From: Lepidodermella squamata
Lineage: Eukaryota > Animalia > Gastrotricha
Assembly: GCA_047495785.1 (NCBI GenBank)
Contig: JBLDXI010000046.1
Span: 744,001 to 808,000, forward strand
Direction: 5' to 3'
Length of the DNA stretch: 64,000 bases
In this document: positions 60,701 to 64,000 of the stretch, one piece after another
Numbering within the stretch: position 1 is the first letter of the stretch
Layout of the letters: each line of letters opens with the position of its first letter
Position numbers and translations under genes: made by a program
The notes under the pieces: generated by a model
Seen by the model: the letters and a program-made list of their open reading frames with translations, nothing else
What the model was told of the DNA's origin: nothing
The model's database searches: none

Positions 60701-61349
60701 TGATGCTGGCCTCACAGCGCCGCCATTTCCAAGCGCCGTTCCGCTTCACCGACTCGCGGCGAAAGCGCGCCTGCTCGACCTGGTCACCGACTACAACGTG
60801 TTCCAGCGCGCCGCCGACCGCGAGGCCGCAATCGCACTCTCCATCGAATCTGGCGTCATGTGCGAATTCACGGCGCTCATCGCCGTCGACGAGGAAAGCG
60901 GCACCGAACGCGTGCCCGGCTGCTACGAAGGCCGCGATAACACCGGGACGGAGCGCAGTTTCGGCGGCGACGACGACGATTCCAAGCCGAAACGAGCGGC
61001 TAGCAACTTCACAGCGCTGTACCGCCTTCAAGACTTCGACGGGTCCTACCCGTTGAATGCCGGCCTGATCGCGGCGTTGAACAGCTCGGCCTTCGACATG
61101 GTTGATAAGCTACGCGACGCGTTGAAATCTGCGGTGGCGAAATCGTCGGAAGTCGCGGTTGAGAGTGATTCGGCGCTCGCCGCCTTGTTGGCAATTTCGA
61201 TTTATCAACTGCAGTTTCCGGGCGATTTCGACTCGTGGGAGTTGTTTGTCGATAAAACTGTGGGCTATTTGACTGATATGTACCCGGCTATGTCGCCGCG
61301 TGATGTTGCTGTGGTTGTCAAGGCAATTGGAGATACGATTAATCTCTAA
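57775..61349 (+). CDS. VIT plus von Willebrand A domain protein (VWA5A-like), 801 aa, predicted signal peptide
   Basis: Exons 57775-58133, 58419-59207, 59396-59669, 59809-60141, 60699-61349 sum to 2406 nt in frame. VIT (EAEFVFPIEASAAVY...IIGKVKRREEA), MIDAS DRSRS, FNIVGFG, ILTDGEV, RVFSIGIG, and C-terminal LHRLAAK/FTALIAVD/LQDFDGSY typical of VWA5A/PARP4-type proteins. Confidence 0.92.
60289..60480 (-). mobile_element. AACAGC-rich MITE family, apparently complete copy in the VWA gene intron
   Basis: AATTTT|ggtacggcgac ... gacggtctgcccc|AATTTT (6-bp flanking duplication). Confidence 0.7.
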
Positions 61350-62712
61350 CCTGATTTTTAGCGGTCATTCGAAAAATTTTCATTTTATTTTTCAATATTT
61401 TTACTACTCTGTTATTTTTATTCGTACCTAGAAATTCGCACCGCTGTGTAATTTCGGCATGAGAAATAAAAAAAAAACATTTTAGGTGGAATTTTTATTC
61501 ATACATTTTTTCGGGATTTTTTTTTTCATGAAATCAAGGTGATTAAACGGCAATCGTCATAAATCACTGTTCGATAGCGCATAACAATGTGGCCGAGTCC
61601 GTTTACCTTGAAAAACTTGGTCGAAAAACGCATTTTGCAGGTAATCTAGGGGCGAGACCACTAAAAGATACTAAACGTCTGAGTTGAATGAGATGCAAAA
61701 ATCTGGATAAACCAAGACTCCATCTCGGTCTGCGGATTTCCGATAGGGATCTATAAATTCACGAAATGCCAGGTCCAAAGTGGACCACCATGCCTCACAG
61801 TCTTGTGAGAAAGGCCAAAGGTCCACCATCACGGTCCTACTTTTTCCGACAGACTGGCGCGTTGGCTTTGCGCTTTGGCGTATACTTCATCGAAGTTCAA
61901 TCGCAATCAGGAGGATGCCTGCTCTATTACCGTTGATTTCTAGTGATCATTTCAGTTGAAAATGTTGAAAAAGGAGCAACATATGGTTGGTTGTAAGCTC
62001 GGTTTATTCTCTGTACTCGGGAAGTAAGGTACTAGTACAGCTTGTACAGCTTGTATCTTGTATGAATTAAACATGACAGGAAATAAGTGAAAAGTGGGGT
62101 TTAGTGAAAATTGTTATACATCGTGAGATTTTGATGCCGCTTTCAAAATCAATTAACGAGGAGTCGATCGATATAAAAAATAGGTTGATATTCATCAGGG
62201 TTGCAGAGAAAAATGGGTATCAACATTTCGGGGTGAAAATGTCAAATTACGAAAAATCCCTTAAAATAGTTGAGTTTTCATTATGTATATTAAAAATCCC
62301 TCGCGAATATATTGCAATGTTTTTATGCGCTGTCGACAATTCTAAGAGTAATCTGTGAGGTGAGGAAACTTGCTATAATATTCAAAATTTTGCTGGGAAC
62401 AAGCCAGTGTCCCTAGGACAACCTGAATCAGTGGATCCAGGCAGGGCATCTCTGATGTTTTTTTCCGTAAGGCGGAGTTTTTAAGGCGGAAGAGAGCCTC
62501 CTGGAGGTCTGAAATTTGAAAATTCAAAATCCTCAAGAGTGTGAGCATATTGAATTGAAAAAATCAAGCCATCACACTTTTTGTGATTTGCTGGGAAATA
62601 AAGAAAATTCGCCAGACGACACTTTTTACTGATTTCCGGTCACATCATAGTCATTAAATAAAGATAACAGCAACAGCAGTGCTCACGTCTCACTCGAACA
62701 GACGAACGTCCG

Positions 62713-63213
62713 TTATTCATCATAAGTTTCGCAAACTCCGTATAAGACGAAGGCCGAAATTTCGAATTGACACAAATCAGAAATCATGCGAGCAAGATTC
62801 TTTGCAAAAGCCGTGCACAAATTAGAATCTCTGTCGTGAAAAAACAGAGCTTGATCGAATACAAAATCTGAACCGTCCGACCATTTCTGGTCGCCAGGAG
62901 AAAGACCCACGTAGCCATATGTTATTGTGCTATGGGGTAACAGGTCACCAATCAGGGCTGCATCAGAAGCCGTTTTGACTGTTGCCAAGATACCATCCAC
63001 TCCCGAGCAGGCTTCGACTGCAGCCTGATAAGAATAACCAGACGAGCCATTGCCAACCAAAATCAGAGTTTTCCGAGCGTTTTGACACTGCGATTCGCCA
63101 CTGAACATAACGTTTCTTGGAAATCGTTTCTCCGTGTTGGCGTCACATCCGACAGCGCTCGGGCGGCAGGTTACTGAACCGTCGTCAGTTCGCAGGCATC
63201 GATGGTAAGTTAT
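62713..63213 (-). CDS. Terminal exon of a C-type lectin-like domain protein (5' partial)
   Basis: Acceptor ttttatag ends at 63214 and the frame is open to the stop; SYQAAVEACSGVDGILATV, YVGL, KWSDGS, LCTAF, DLC, GVCE follow the CTLD pattern. Confidence 0.75.
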   Translation of the reverse strand: MTYHRCLRTDDGSVTCRPSAVGCDANTEKRFPRNVMFSGESQCQNARKTLILVGNGSSGYSYQAAVEACSGVDGILATVKTASDAALIGDLLPHSTITYGYVGLSPGDQKWSDGSDFVFDQALFFHDRDSNLCTAFAKNLARMISDLCQFEISAFVLYGVCETYDE

Positions 63214-64000
63214 CTATAAACATATAGACTCAACATGTTGTCTAGGTTTCGCATATTATGAGACAGAGCGAGATAAAAAGAGTGTGGTTTCTCCTCTGGA
63301 AAGATAATTTCTGGGTTTGCGCTCCGATTTCTGATTGAATCATTGTATGAATGATTCATATATGAACCTGAGTTCAAACACCGTATTTTATCGAATAATA
63401 AATAACCTTGGATACTATTTGTTTCCGAACTCGAGAAATACCGTCATTTGGGGTAATCTGGGTCATTGGGGCTATTCGGGCGGATGTTCATGAAAACAGG
63501 GGAATGAGCATGGCTCAAAAACTACCCGGCCGTTAGCAATGACTTTTTGCACGGAGTTAGGTGGAAAGACGACCCACATACCGTAAAAATTCTATGGCCT
63601 GAGAATAAGTGGTTGTGAATTTGTGAGTTAACCGAATGGTTTTTGATTATAGGTTAAAAAACTAACTAAACTATAACCATCGATATGCACTGCATACGAA
63701 TAATTGCAAAAGATGCCAACTTTTGTTTCGAAAAAAGTGTTTAGTGACCTGGACTGGAACACTCGTTTTGCACTTCGAACACCTACGTCCATGGGTCGGG
63801 TGCCTACTTTGAGGTCAAATATCTCGAGTTGTATTCCAAAGCCCTTCGAGAGACCTATACCATCTGATAGAGGATAGAGCACATCCCTAACTTCAATTTT
63901 TGAAAAGCGCAGCCAAAACCCTGACCCTTTATCGAAATATAACAGATTAAGTTTCGCAAAACAGAAAAATAGAAAAATAGCGGAAACGCAACCCACGTTA

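Overview
Eukaryotic, AT-rich, intron-rich genomic DNA from an invertebrate animal (short GT-AG introns of about 45-60 nt, TTAGGG-like tract). No prokaryotic operons, rRNA or CRISPR. The main content, mostly invisible to the ORF track because it is split into 15-130 nt exons, is a same-strand tandem array of about nine paralogous genes (P1-P9, 1-56 kb) plus orphan exon remnants from a family I cannot assign to any known domain. Architecture: a conserved beta-rich module of about 75 aa ending [VI][YF]x[YF][KE]E, a Ser/Thr/Pro/acidic linker built almost entirely from phase-0 exons, and one of two C-termini. One is a helical domain with invariant H...H...T[KN]xxCxxC (P1, P2, P4, P6, P7); the other is a short acidic tail, with TQT-like repeats in P3 (P3, P8, P9). 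The array is interleaved with many transposons: an intact two-ORF Jockey-like LINE nested in a foldback element, a decayed relative of that LINE, a Ty3/Gypsy remnant joined to an RTE RT fragment, a Mutator-like element with a 9-bp TSD, and about ten MITEs. The window ends with a 5-exon VIT-vWA (VWA5A-like) gene that unusually has a signal peptide, and the last exon of a C-type lectin-like gene on the minus strand. All gene models were built by eye from splice signals, frame consistency and paralog alignment; none has transcript support.
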